Shown: piece after piece, positions 9,388-18,492 of the stretch | Position numbering within the stretch: the stretch's first letter is position 1 | Layout: each line of letters opens with the position of its first letter | IMG/VR virus record: IMGVR_UViG_3300029305_005184 | DNA from: an uncultured virus (IMG/VR IMGVR_UViG_3300029305_005184) | Lineage: Duplodnaviria > Heunggongvirae > Uroviricota > Caudoviricetes | DNA length: 32,457 nucleotides | Reading direction: 5' to 3' (one strand) | The notes under the pieces: model-generated | Seen by the model: only the letters and a program-made list of their open reading frames with translations | Told to the model about the DNA's origin: nothing | The model's database searches: none | Position numbers and translations under genes: made by a program

Positions 9388-9775
9388 CTTCCTTCACAGT
9401 TATAAGCAGACGCAAGCCCGATTCCGGGGTCAACTTCACTGTTGATTTGAAGCACGTGCTTCAACTTATCTTATGCAGAGCGTCACGACGAGGAAGGAAA
9501 AGGGATGTGCTTCCTTTTGCCGCGCCATGCGGCAATGAATATGATCCGGCGGATAGACTTTTCCTAGCGCCGCCGGAATGCCGTGCTGACCCTTGACGGG
9601 GTTAAACCAGAGCATGAAGCATCCGAACATCCATTCATGCAAAGGCGAACAGCGATGTCATGCACGGCGAGGGCGTTTCGCATCCAGATAAACGGATGGA
9701 AAGGGATGCGTAACGCCCAAATTTCAAGGATAAACCGCCTGCGAAGGCAACCTTTGGGTTACAAGAGGCGAAGAT

Positions 9776-10933
9776 ATGATTTCTAAGCCATTAGATGGCC
9801 TTATGGATGCAATCTGCACCGAAGAAAACTTCCATTTGGCTCACAGATCAGCCCGCGAGAACAAGCGACAGCGCGAAGAAGTGCTGATATTTTCAGAACA
9901 CCTTGAAGAAAATCTCACCAATCTTCTGGAGGAAGTGAAGAACGGCACATATCGCGTAGGCCCTTACCGGGAATTCTACGTAACGGTTCCGAAAGCCCGG
10001 CTTGTGATGGCGTTGGAGTATCGCGACAGGGTTGTGCAATGGGCGTTATACCGCCAGCTACAGCCATTTCTTGATAAACGCTTCATCTTCGATACCTACG
10101 CCTGCCGCGAAGGAAAGGGAACTCATGCGGCCGCAAACCGGCTGTTCAGCTGGTTTCAGGAGATCAAGCGCAAGCCGGATTTTGACAACTGGTATTACTT
10201 AAAGCTGGATATATCCAAATTCTTTTACCGCGTAGATCATGCCATATTGATGGACATGATGCGCGAAATCTGCACAGACCCGCGCTTTCTGCGGTTGATG
10301 GACACGATCATCAACAACCCGGATGTTCCGTTTGGGTTGCCGGAGGGCGTGAAAGCAAACGATTGTCCGCCTGAGTTGAGGCTCTACGATGTGGGCATGC
10401 CGATCGGAAACTTATCCAGCCAGATGTTCGCAAATCTGTATCTCGACCCGCTGGATAAGTACTGCAAGCATGATCTGCATCTGCATTATTACATCCGCTA
10501 TATGGACGATGTGGTGATTCTATCCAACAATCTGGAAATGCTGCACCGCATCCATGAATTGATCGAGCAGTTCCTATGGGAACGGCTAAAACTGAGGCTG
10601 AACAGCAAAACGGCAATTCGCAAGGTGCGCAATGGCATCGAATTCGTTGGCTATCGAATCAATACCGAGTGCATCCGGCTGAGAAAGAGCACCAGCAGAC
10701 ATATCAAGCGTTCACTTAAGCATCTGGAGAAGGAATACGCAGCCGGGCGCAAAAAGCTGGACGCCATTTACCCGACCATTCAGAGTTACTATGGTTTGAT
10801 GGAGCATTGCAACAGTTACTACATGCGCAAATGGATTGCTGAGAACATTGTCTTTAAGAGAGAAACCCCAAATTCCGACGATGACTTTTATCTGGAGGAA
10901 TTTTTTTATGAGGAAATCGGAACGGATGCGTGA
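9776..10933 (+). CDS. DGR reverse transcriptase
   Basis: 'LKLDISKFF', 'GMPIGNLSSQ.FAN.YL', 'YIRYMDD', 'GIEFVGY'; 385 aa with no endonuclease domain; adjacent to TR and avd. Confidence 0.95.
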   Translation: MISKPLDGLMDAICTEENFHLAHRSARENKRQREEVLIFSEHLEENLTNLLEEVKNGTYRVGPYREFYVTVPKARLVMALEYRDRVVQWALYRQLQPFLDKRFIFDTYACREGKGTHAAANRLFSWFQEIKRKPDFDNWYYLKLDISKFFYRVDHAILMDMMREICTDPRFLRLMDTIINNPDVPFGLPEGVKANDCPPELRLYDVGMPIGNLSSQMFANLYLDPLDKYCKHDLHLHYYIRYMDDVVILSNNLEMLHRIHELIEQFLWERLKLRLNSKTAIRKVRNGIEFVGYRINTECIRLRKSTSRHIKRSLKHLEKEYAAGRKKLDAIYPTIQSYYGLMEHCNSYYMRKWIAENIVFKRETPNSDDDFYLEEFFYEEIGTDA

Positions 10934-11171
10934 GACCAATTCGCCGCGCGATCACCCCGGGCGCTTTTACAGCATTGAAGAACGGGGCGACGGAACAGCG
11001 GACGTATACCTGATTCCCAGCGGACAGATATACGACACTGACGCCGGGATAAAGGAATTTGACGTTGAATTGCGCATAGTGCGCGGCGTTGAAATCTTTC
11101 CCGGCATAGAAGAAGACATTCGGATGCGCTATGCAGCATGGCTTGAAAGCGCGGAAATCATTCATCTTTGA
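10926..11171 (+). CDS. Small hypothetical protein overlapping the RT stop
   Basis: ATG 10926 overlaps RT end; 81 aa; followed by terminator. Confidence 0.55.
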   Translation: MRETNSPRDHPGRFYSIEERGDGTADVYLIPSGQIYDTDAGIKEFDVELRIVRGVEIFPGIEEDIRMRYAAWLESAEIIHL

Positions 11172-11202
11172 GCATCGGCAAAACGCCGGTGCTTTTTATT
11201 TT
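11171..11202 (+). terminator. Rho-independent terminator after the DGR cassette
   Basis: AGCATCGGC-AAAAC-GCCGGTGCT followed by T-rich tract. Confidence 0.65.
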
Positions 11203-11224
11203 GACCGCAAAGGAGGATTTCGAC

Positions 11225-11410
11225 ATGAATGAGATTTACAACACCAATCCCGAACTGGAACTGGAAATGGAAGGCGACGAGAGGCCGGCCGACATGGAGG
11301 ACAGGATTCTTACCCGCAGCAAGGACGGCAAGGTGATTGCCGTGATCGTGGACGACGATCCTGAGCCTGAAGAAAATACGGAGGATGCGAACGATGCTGA
11401 AGACGATTAG
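11225..11410 (+). CDS. Small acidic hypothetical protein
   Basis: AAGGAGG RBS before ATG 11225; D/E-rich. Confidence 0.55.
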   Translation: MNEIYNTNPELELEMEGDERPADMEDRILTRSKDGKVIAVIVDDDPEPEENTEDANDAEDD

Positions 11411-12992
11411 ACATCAGGATACGGGCGATCTGGTCAAGGTTGCCCAATATCTGTTGGTATACGCCGCGCGCAAGCAGGCGGACGGCATTTTTACAGCCAA
11501 TTTCGTGACGGCTGTATGCACATGGCAGAAGAAATACAAGCTCTCGCCCGACGGCATCATCGGCCCTCTGACATGGGCGGAGATTGCAGACAGGGCACCA
11601 ACCTGTTCCACCAGCAAGAACAGGACAAGCCGCGCCACCTGCGCCATTCAGATTCTTTTGGGCGGCCTTGATGTGGACGGCATCTACGGCACAAAGACCA
11701 AAAACGCTGTTGCCGCTTTCCAGAAAGCCAAAGGCCTGTCGGTGGACGGCATCTGCGGTCCCAAGACTTGGAGCGCTCTGATCGAGGGAACCAGCATCGT
11801 CGAATCTCCTGAGACAACGAGCAAGATCATCAACGAGTGCGTGCACTACATTCAGTGGGATTCCAGATGGTCGAAGAAGAAGTATTCCACGCATACCTCC
11901 AGCCAGACCATCGGCAATTCCGGCTGCGGCCCCACCGCTATGGCTATGATCTGCGCTCAGTGGGTTGACCCCAAACTGACCCCCGTTGAGCTTTGTGAAC
12001 TGGCCGTAGACAACGGATTCAGGAGCTACAATTCCGGCACGAAGCGCGATTTCTATGAATGGTGCTTTGAGCATTATGAGAATGGCTTTGCCGATTTCCT
12101 GCGCACCAGCAACATTACTACGCTGACCACCGCAATTCAGAACGGTGCACTGGCGGTATGCTCGATGAACAACGGCGACAACGGCTTCTGGACGAAAGGT
12201 GGCCACTTCATCACGATTGTGGGCTTCGACGGCACTTATATCTACGCCAACGACCCCAACAAGAGCACCCATCCGCGCAAGCAGGAGCTCAGTGCCTTTA
12301 AGAAGTGCATGAACGAAGCGTTTATTTTCTGGAAGGCCGAACCGAAGAAAGCTGAGGAACCCACCGACCCTTTTGAGGAAAGCGATGATGGCAAGGCTAT
12401 CATCGACATTTCCCATCATCAAGGCAATGTGGATTTCGCAAAGCTGAAAAGCGCAGTTTCCCTCGTGATCGCCCGCGCCGCCTGTGGCTCTGATCCCGAC
12501 AGCCGCTTTGATTCCTACGCCGCAGACATGAACGCGCAAGGCATTCCCTTCGGCGTGTACTGCTATTCGTATGCCGGCAGCAAGGAAAAGGCGATTGACG
12601 AAGCGCAAAAGATGGTGCAGTACGCCAAGAACCACAACCCTCGTTTCTATGTGCTGGATGCAGAAGAAGCAAAGATCACCAAAGATTACATCGTGGCATT
12701 TGCGGAGGAATGCAGGAGATTGGGCGTGGAACGTCTCGGCTGCTATGTTGCCCATCATCGCTATACTCAGTACGAATTTGACAGCATTAAGCATCTGTTT
12801 GACTTCGTATGGATTCCGCGATATGGCAAGAATGACGGCACCATCGAAGGTGCGACGAAGCCGGGTTATCCCTGCGATCTCTGGCAGTACACCAGCACCG
12901 GCAGGATTGCCGGCATCAGCGGAAACGTTGATATGAATACCATCACGGGAACCAGCAAAAACCTTGCGTGGTTTCTGGGCAAAGGGGATTGA
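11394..12992 (+). CDS. Modular endolysin: peptidoglycan-binding repeats + C39-like peptidase + GH25 muramidase
   Basis: 'DGIIGPLTW' and 'DGICGPKTW' PG_binding_1 motifs; 'SGCGPTAMAM...GHFI...NDP' C39-like; 'IIDISHHQG...LWQYTSTG...GNVDMN' GH25; GGAGG RBS fits ATG 11394. Confidence 0.9.
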   Translation: MLKTIRHQDTGDLVKVAQYLLVYAARKQADGIFTANFVTAVCTWQKKYKLSPDGIIGPLTWAEIADRAPTCSTSKNRTSRATCAIQILLGGLDVDGIYGTKTKNAVAAFQKAKGLSVDGICGPKTWSALIEGTSIVESPETTSKIINECVHYIQWDSRWSKKKYSTHTSSQTIGNSGCGPTAMAMICAQWVDPKLTPVELCELAVDNGFRSYNSGTKRDFYEWCFEHYENGFADFLRTSNITTLTTAIQNGALAVCSMNNGDNGFWTKGGHFITIVGFDGTYIYANDPNKSTHPRKQELSAFKKCMNEAFIFWKAEPKKAEEPTDPFEESDDGKAIIDISHHQGNVDFAKLKSAVSLVIARAACGSDPDSRFDSYAADMNAQGIPFGVYCYSYAGSKEKAIDEAQKMVQYAKNHNPRFYVLDAEEAKITKDYIVAFAEECRRLGVERLGCYVAHHRYTQYEFDSIKHLFDFVWIPRYGKNDGTIEGATKPGYPCDLWQYTSTGRIAGISGNVDMNTITGTSKNLAWFLGKGD

Positions 12993-12997
12993 GACCC

Positions 12998-13492
12998 GTG
13001 CAGAGCTATATCAAAAAGATCATTGATCAGGTGATCAACTGGGCAGTGCCTGTGATCTGCGCCGCCGCGCTGGTGTTCTGGAAAAAGATACCCGCCGAAG
13101 CGCAGCACTATTGGCCGGTAATCTGCGTTTCCATCGTAGGCCTATATTCCATGCTCATTGCGGTACAAAATCGCAATGAGATCAAGCGAATCCAGCGTGA
13201 ACGCGCAGACGCCGCCAAGAGAGAGGCTGAGACGCGGGAAAAGGACGAGAATATCGCCAAAGCATTTCGCGCCATGCTGGATGACGACATGGGCAACTTA
13301 TATGCCGCATGCGTGGCACGCGGATATACCACCGAAGACGAGCGGCGCCGATATGACCGTTTGCAAAAGGCGTATGAGAGCGTAGGCGGGAACGGCGAGG
13401 CCAAGCGGCGCAAGATTCATTTTGAGGCAATCCCCTTCAAAGAGGAATGGCAGCACGACGGCCATTCCGGCGACGAATATAGAAAGGACTGA
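12998..13492 (+). CDS. Membrane protein of the lysis cassette (holin-like)
   Basis: Two N-terminal hydrophobic segments; 'Y..GGNG' C-terminal motif common in Firmicutes phage lysis-region proteins. Confidence 0.55.
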   Translation: MQSYIKKIIDQVINWAVPVICAAALVFWKKIPAEAQHYWPVICVSIVGLYSMLIAVQNRNEIKRIQRERADAAKREAETREKDENIAKAFRAMLDDDMGNLYAACVARGYTTEDERRRYDRLQKAYESVGGNGEAKRRKIHFEAIPFKEEWQHDGHSGDEYRKD

Positions 13493-13498
13493 TTAACC

Positions 13499-13897
13499 AT
13501 GAAGAAGATTCTTTTCCTGATCCTGGCAATCGCGCTTGTGCTTTGCACATTCGCAAATGCGTATGCTGAGACGGCAACCGTTGAAACTGCGATTGCCGAC
13601 GCTCCTGCAATCGACGTAACCGAACCCTTCACCTGGACCTACCTTGCAAGCATCGCAGGCGCAGCCGCCTTTACGTTGCTTGTGGTTCAGTTTCTGAAGG
13701 CTCCCCTCGATAAAATCTGGAAGATTCCCACCCGCGTATTCGCCTATATTGTAAGCCTGATTACTATGGTTGTGGCAACTGCGTTTACTTCCGGCTGTAC
13801 GATTGACAGTGTATTGCTGGCCGTAGTAAATGCTTTCCTTGCTGCATTTGCGGCATACGGCGCATACGAAGTCACCTTTGCGAAGCTCAATAAGTAA
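13499..13897 (+). CDS. Putative holin
   Basis: 132 aa; signal-like N-terminus plus ~3 hydrophobic segments; downstream of endolysin. Confidence 0.65.
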   Translation: MKKILFLILAIALVLCTFANAYAETATVETAIADAPAIDVTEPFTWTYLASIAGAAAFTLLVVQFLKAPLDKIWKIPTRVFAYIVSLITMVVATAFTSGCTIDSVLLAVVNAFLAAFAAYGAYEVTFAKLNK

Positions 13898-13906
13898 ATA
13901 TGTGGC

Positions 13907-13946
13907 TGCGCCCCTTGCCTGAAAACGGGCGAGGGGCGCATTTTTT
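13907..13946 (+). terminator. Rho-independent terminator after lysis genes
   Basis: TGCGCCCCTTGCC ... GGCGAGGGGCGCA followed by TTTTTT. Confidence 0.75.
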
Positions 13947-13974
13947 ATTTCCGAACTTGAAAGGAGCAGGCGAA

Positions 13975-16134
13975 ATGACCATTCAGGACTGGCTCGGAAC
14001 GACCAACGAAGTTGGAACAAACGTATGGGAAAATAAGTATCGCGACAATGAAACCTTTGATGAATGGCTCTGGCGCGTGAGCGGCGGCAATCCCAAAGTA
14101 ATGCAGCTGATCGTGGAACAAAAATTTTTGCCCGCCGGGCGTATACTGGCCGGACGCGGCAAATTCAGCGTAGAGCGCAAGGTGAGCGTATCGAATTGCT
14201 ACGTTACGCCGCCGCCGGAAGATTGCATTGAATCCATCTACACCTGCGCCATGCAGATGGCGCGCACATACAGCTACGGCGGCGGATGCGGCGTGGATAT
14301 TTCCAAGCTGGCTCCCAAAGGCGCAAGGATACGCAATGCGGCGAAATCCACCACCGGCGCAGTGTCCTTCATGGAGTTGTTTGCCATGACCACATCGCTG
14401 ATCGGACAGAAAGGCCGCAGGGGTGCGTTGATGATTTCGATGGACAGTGATCATCCTGATCTGGAGGAGTTTATCGACATCAAGCAGGATTTGAGCAAGA
14501 TCACATCTGCGAATATCTCCATCCGGGCAAAGAATAATTTTCTTCAGGCCGCCAAAGACGGAAAGATGCACACGCTCCGCTATGAGCGCGAAGCTACCGG
14601 CGAAGTGATTGAAAAACAGGTGGATGCAAAAGCGATCCTGCGCCGCATCGCCAAGAACAACTGGGATATGGGCGAACCCGGATTTCTTTTCTGGGATAAC
14701 ATTACCAAATGGAACCTTCTTTCGGAAGATCCAAATCACAGCTATGCAGGCGTAAATCCCTGCGCCGAAGAACCGTTGCCGGCAAACGGCGCATGTCTGC
14801 TGGGCAGTTTGAATCTGGGTGCGTTTGTAATTACAGATAACGGAGAACCGCGGTTTGACTATGCTGGCTTTGCTGAGGCTGTTGAAACAAGCGTGCAGGC
14901 TCTTAATGATATTCTGGATGAAGGTATCCCGGCGCATCCGCTTGAAGAACAGCGCATACAGGCTGCGCAGTGGCGTCAAATCGGTCTGGGCGTATTCGGT
15001 CTTGCGGATATGCTGATCAAAATGAAGATGGTCTACGGCGGCGATGAATCGCTTGCGCTTTGCCGCAGAATCAGCAGACTCATGGTCAATCAGGCATTGC
15101 GCACATCCGCATTGCTTGCGCAGAAAGACGGACCATATCCGCGCTATAACGCGGATGCTGTGCTTGCTTCACCTTTCCTTGAAGCAAACGCAGACCCCGA
15201 AACGATTGATCTGATTCAAAAGCACGGTCTGAGAAACTCCCAGCTGCTGACCATCCCGCCCACCGGCACGATCAGCACCATGCTGGGTACTTCTTCCGGC
15301 ATCGAGCCGATCTTCGACATCACCTTTACCATCAAGACGGAATCGGTTCACGGAGAGCCTGTCTATTATGATGCTTACACTCCGCTCATTGATCGTTACA
15401 TGAAGGAACACGGCATCACCCGACAGGAAGATTTGCCGGATTACATTCTCAATTCAACGGCAAACAAGCTGGATTACATGCGCCGAATCCGTATGCAGGC
15501 AGTATGGCAACAGGCAATCGACGCATCCATATCTTCCACGGTAAATCTGCCTGAGACAGCGACGGTTGAAGACGTGGAACAGGTATACTTTGAAGCGTGG
15601 GAGCATGGATGCAAAGGGATAACCGTATTCAGAAACGGTTGCAAGAGGGCTGCAGTGCTCACATCCGGCAAAAAGAAAGAGCTGAATCGCTGTAAGACGG
15701 AGTTTGTGCGCATGGGATGCGGCACGCTGCAGATTGATTGCTACAGCAATGAAAAGGGTATTTGCAAAATCGTTGCTTCGCCCATAGGAAAAGGCGGCTG
15801 CCGCGCTCAGACCGAAGCCATATCAAAGCTGACAAGCCTCGCGCTCTCCAGCGGAGCAGGCATCGCGGATGTTATTGCGCAGATCAAGGCCATACCGTGT
15901 CCGAGCTGTCAGCGAAGATCGGATATAAGCGTAACATCCTGCCCGGATGCAATCGCCCAAGTGCTCGAAAGCCTGATGAACGGCACGGAAATAAAACAAG
16001 CATCACCTAACGGAGCAATCAGCGATGCTGAAAACGATAATAACAGCGTTTGTCCGCTCTGTGGAACGCCTTATACCTTTGAAGGCGGCTGTCAGACCTG
16101 TCCGGCCTGCGGATACAGCCATTGCGGAGGATAA
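13975..16134 (+). CDS. nrdJ: Class II (adenosylcobalamin-dependent) ribonucleotide reductase with TSCPD and Zn-ribbon C-terminus
   Basis: 'SNC', 'GRRGALM', 'NPCAEEPL', 'TIPPTGTIS', 'KGITVFR', 'TSCPDAIA', CPLC...CPAC; no nrdB in window; AAAGGAG RBS. Confidence 0.85.
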   Translation: MTIQDWLGTTNEVGTNVWENKYRDNETFDEWLWRVSGGNPKVMQLIVEQKFLPAGRILAGRGKFSVERKVSVSNCYVTPPPEDCIESIYTCAMQMARTYSYGGGCGVDISKLAPKGARIRNAAKSTTGAVSFMELFAMTTSLIGQKGRRGALMISMDSDHPDLEEFIDIKQDLSKITSANISIRAKNNFLQAAKDGKMHTLRYEREATGEVIEKQVDAKAILRRIAKNNWDMGEPGFLFWDNITKWNLLSEDPNHSYAGVNPCAEEPLPANGACLLGSLNLGAFVITDNGEPRFDYAGFAEAVETSVQALNDILDEGIPAHPLEEQRIQAAQWRQIGLGVFGLADMLIKMKMVYGGDESLALCRRISRLMVNQALRTSALLAQKDGPYPRYNADAVLASPFLEANADPETIDLIQKHGLRNSQLLTIPPTGTISTMLGTSSGIEPIFDITFTIKTESVHGEPVYYDAYTPLIDRYMKEHGITRQEDLPDYILNSTANKLDYMRRIRMQAVWQQAIDASISSTVNLPETATVEDVEQVYFEAWEHGCKGITVFRNGCKRAAVLTSGKKKELNRCKTEFVRMGCGTLQIDCYSNEKGICKIVASPIGKGGCRAQTEAISKLTSLALSSGAGIADVIAQIKAIPCPSCQRRSDISVTSCPDAIAQVLESLMNGTEIKQASPNGAISDAENDNNSVCPLCGTPYTFEGGCQTCPACGYSHCGG

Positions 16135-16141
16135 ATCAATC

Positions 16142-16176
16142 ACAGGCTGCTTTCGATCTCACCGAAAGCAGCCTGT
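16142..16176. terminator. Hairpin at the convergence of the two arms (probable bidirectional terminator)
   Basis: Perfect 14-bp stem ACAGGCTGCTTTCG / CGAAAGCAGCCTGT. Confidence 0.7.
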
Positions 16177-16180
16177 TCAG

Positions 16181-16552
16181 TTACCTTTTTCTCTGTTTGG
16201 GTTCAATGGGACATCCGCTGCCAATCCAGTAATCTACGGCGGCGGATATTACTGCCGATGCAGCGTGACCGCTTGAAGCAGCGGCATCATACACATGCTG
16301 TGACGCTTCTGCTTTAAGCCTCACGGAAAACACGCTGGTTCCGGCATTCGGGCCGGTAGCGGTAAAGCCGTTTTCCACAAGGGCTTTGCGCACTGCGGGG
16401 TTATCGCACACGATTCTTGCACCCTCCAATATGCGGTCGTTTGCCTGAAAAGTATAATTCGCGGAGTGGATTACACTCGGTTCTTCGAGATTTGCGTATC
16501 CTCTCCGGCGGCTGCCGTCTGCCAGAACAATATCAATTCGATGTTTATCCAT
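16181..16552 (-). CDS. Hypothetical protein with probable C-terminal ribbon-helix-helix DNA-binding domain
   Basis: GGAGG RBS; 'VFSVRL......VYDAA...G...SAVISAAVDYW' RHH-like pattern. Confidence 0.5.
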   Translation of the reverse strand: MDKHRIDIVLADGSRRRGYANLEEPSVIHSANYTFQANDRILEGARIVCDNPAVRKALVENGFTATGPNAGTSVFSVRLKAEASQHVYDAAASSGHAASAVISAAVDYWIGSGCPIEPKQRKR

Positions 16553-16584
16553 TCTTAAGCTACCTCCATAACTGCTCTTGAATG

Positions 16585-16613
16585 AGTATATCAAAAAAAT
16601 TACTATCTGGCAA
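16585..16613 (-). promoter_or_regulatory. Sigma-A/70 promoter
   Basis: TTGCCA-17 nt-TATACT on the - strand upstream of 16552. Confidence 0.75.
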
Positions 16614-16624
16614 TCACAAAAAGA

Positions 16625-16900
16625 TTATTTTCTTGCGCCGCGATGGACGGCCAGCGGTTTGATATGGGATTTTTTGAAACATGCGGCATATCTTTTGTGG
16701 GAATACTGCATGAAGGGAACGAAATGATAGCTAGATTCGCCGTTATCCCTTCGATGCAGCGCATAGACGACATGATCTGCTGAGGAATCCTTCAGTATTT
16801 TTCGCGCCAGCCGCTTGCGCCGATGAAGCTCGGTGCATACCTGGATAAAAGGCAGGCGCTTGAAACGACTGCTGGAAGTATCCAGCACGACATGATTCAT
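16625..16900 (-). CDS. Basic hypothetical protein
   Basis: GGAGG RBS, operonic. Confidence 0.5.
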   Translation of the reverse strand: MNHVVLDTSSSRFKRLPFIQVCTELHRRKRLARKILKDSSADHVVYALHRRDNGESSYHFVPFMQYSHKRYAACFKKSHIKPLAVHRGARK

Positions 16901-16902
16901 TG

Positions 16903-17160
16903 TCAAACCTCCTTTTCAATCTCATTTACAATCTCATCCTCGCGGATTTTATGACAACGATCCTCGCCGAAGGCGACGCCCAGCGATCCACCGCCATCCC
17001 AATTCACGTGAATGGTGGCCATATCGTCTACACAGATCACGGTGCCTTTGGTTCCAGGTTCAGGCGCATGGATATCGTTCATGCGATCAAGGACAACACG
17101 GGTACCGCGGGGAAACTGCGTTCTCAGCCTTTCTACAATCCTCTTGCTTATCGGATTCAT
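16903..17160 (-). CDS. DUF4314 domain protein
   Basis: 'LR.QFPRGTRV.L..M.D....PGTKGTV..VDD.ATIHV.WD.G.SLG...GED'. Confidence 0.85.
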   Translation of the reverse strand: MNPISKRIVERLRTQFPRGTRVVLDRMNDIHAPEPGTKGTVICVDDMATIHVNWDGGGSLGVAFGEDRCHKIREDEIVNEIEKEV

Positions 17161-17353
17161 TTTCATCTTCCTTTCCACAGTAGCTATAGATAGCTTCTTC
17201 AACCTCATTCAGCAAATTTCCATAAGTAACGCCGTAAAGCGGCGTATTGTTATCGGGAGGACGATCATCGTCCGGGATGATGATTTCGTGCGCCTCCAGA
17301 AATTCTTCAAACAGATCAAGGATATTCACTGCAAGCTGCCGGGCATCGTTCAT
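17087..17353 (-). CDS. Hypothetical protein
   Basis: AAAGGGGG RBS before ATG 17353; acidic; 3' end overlaps next gene. Confidence 0.5.
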   Translation of the reverse strand: MNDARQLAVNILDLFEEFLEAHEIIIPDDDRPPDNNTPLYGVTYGNLLNEVEEAIYSYCGKEDENESDKQEDCRKAENAVSPRYPCCP

Positions 17354-17382
17354 TGAAATCCCCCTTTCGTTTTTATCAGCCT

Positions 17383-17425
17383 CCTGCGGATTACTATGTA
17401 TATACTGTAAAAAGTAATCCGCAGG
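17383..17425. promoter_or_regulatory. Intergenic inverted repeat (operator or terminator candidate)
   Basis: CCTGCGGATTACT-17 nt-AGTAATCCGCAGG, perfect 13-bp arms. Confidence 0.6.
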
Positions 17426-17448
17426 GGTAAAAAATAAAGAACTTGCGT

Positions 17449-18342
17449 TCAAGCAGCCTTGCTTTCGTCTATGACTTTCGATTCCTCCTTTCCCAGAATC
17501 ATATCCACGGCCTTTTCTGCGCGGGATGCGGCGCTTACGATCAGACGCTTATCATTCTTTAAGGCAGAAAGCCAGGATTGGATATAGGCGGCGTTGTTTC
17601 GGAATGATTTATCGGTCTCGATCTGAAGCACGTTCAGGATGGAGCACGCTCCGATTTCGGCGACCAATTCCTCCTTGCTGTAATCTTCATGGGCGCCGCC
17701 GATGGAAAGGCGATTCAGGCGGCTCTTGTGGCCGGTGGAATGGACGGCTTCATGAAATGCCGTTTCATAGTACCCGGAAACATCCTTGAACTGGCTGATT
17801 AGCGGCAGGGAAATGGTATCGGTGGCAGGACGATAGTAAGCGCGATCCTGCTGATTGTATTCGAGCCTTACGCCGGAACGGGAGATATAACCGTGAAGGG
17901 CTTCGTCTGCGTGTGTTATGGTATCGAATGGTTCAGGATCAGCTTCTTTGCTGCCATGACGAGGTTTAATGCCCTCACAATCGTCGATATGAAACACGTT
18001 ATAGTAACGAAGCGGGGGAATGGTGTCCATCTGCGGCTTGCCGTTTGCATCGCGGATCACCGTTCCGCTTGCGTCCTTTTTCTCGCAGGACAGCATCTTC
18101 CAGAATACGACGAATCTGGCTTTTGCGCCCTTCTTAATGCGCCCGCCTTCATCGCTACACTGCTTGAAGGTGAGATATTCGCCGGGCTTATCGAGCAGCA
18201 TTTGATTTAAGAGGCTGTAAGGCTGTCCAGAGACGTGCTTGATCGCACATTCACATTTACCCACCCACGGCTTTTCCCACGGTATTTGACCCGATTCCAG
18301 GGCGCTGATGATGCGTTCCGTAATGATCTGATAGACGTCCAT
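17449..18342 (-). CDS. ardC: ArdC-like antirestriction protein (ssDNA-binding domain + zincin-like domain)
   Basis: 'VYQIITERII..LE.G.IPW.KPW', 'Y.TFKQ....GG.IKKG.K', 'AYY.P..D.I.LP', 'HEAVHSTGH..RL.R', 'YSKEELVAE'. Confidence 0.85.
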   Translation of the reverse strand: MDVYQIITERIISALESGQIPWEKPWVGKCECAIKHVSGQPYSLLNQMLLDKPGEYLTFKQCSDEGGRIKKGAKARFVVFWKMLSCEKKDASGTVIRDANGKPQMDTIPPLRYYNVFHIDDCEGIKPRHGSKEADPEPFDTITHADEALHGYISRSGVRLEYNQQDRAYYRPATDTISLPLISQFKDVSGYYETAFHEAVHSTGHKSRLNRLSIGGAHEDYSKEELVAEIGACSILNVLQIETDKSFRNNAAYIQSWLSALKNDKRLIVSAASRAEKAVDMILGKEESKVIDESKAA

Positions 18343-18371
18343 TGTATTTTCTCCTTTGTAAGTCGATTTGT

Positions 18372-18479
18372 TCAGGTAAAGATGGTTGCGTTCCGCTTGC
18401 GCGGATAACGCAGACGCTTCGGTTTTTCAAAGATCGCTGCCAGCAGCGTCGCGGGAACCATGATGAAAAACAGGCTCAT
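18372..18479 (-). CDS. Possible 35-aa membrane peptide (not in ORF track)
   Basis: AAAGGA RBS; MSLFFIMVPATLLAAIFEKPKRLRYPRKRNATIFT fills the intergenic gap. Confidence 0.35.
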   Translation of the reverse strand: MSLFFIMVPATLLAAIFEKPKRLRYPRKRNATIFT

Positions 18480-18492
18480 GTCGGTTCCTTTC

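Larger units (their letters stand above)
7227..10933 (+). mobile_element. Diversity-generating retroelement (target-VR-hairpin-avd-TR-RT)
   Basis: All canonical components present in BPP-1-like order. Confidence 0.95.

Noticed and set aside
9217..9405. 62-aa ORF resembling the target C-terminus
   Set aside because: It is the translated TR (AAC-rich, stop-free by design); there is no evidence it is a gene
9776..10933. Group II intron or retron RT
   Set aside because: TR/VR pair, avd and GxPIGNLxSQ motif identify a DGR RT; no maturase/endonuclease extension seen
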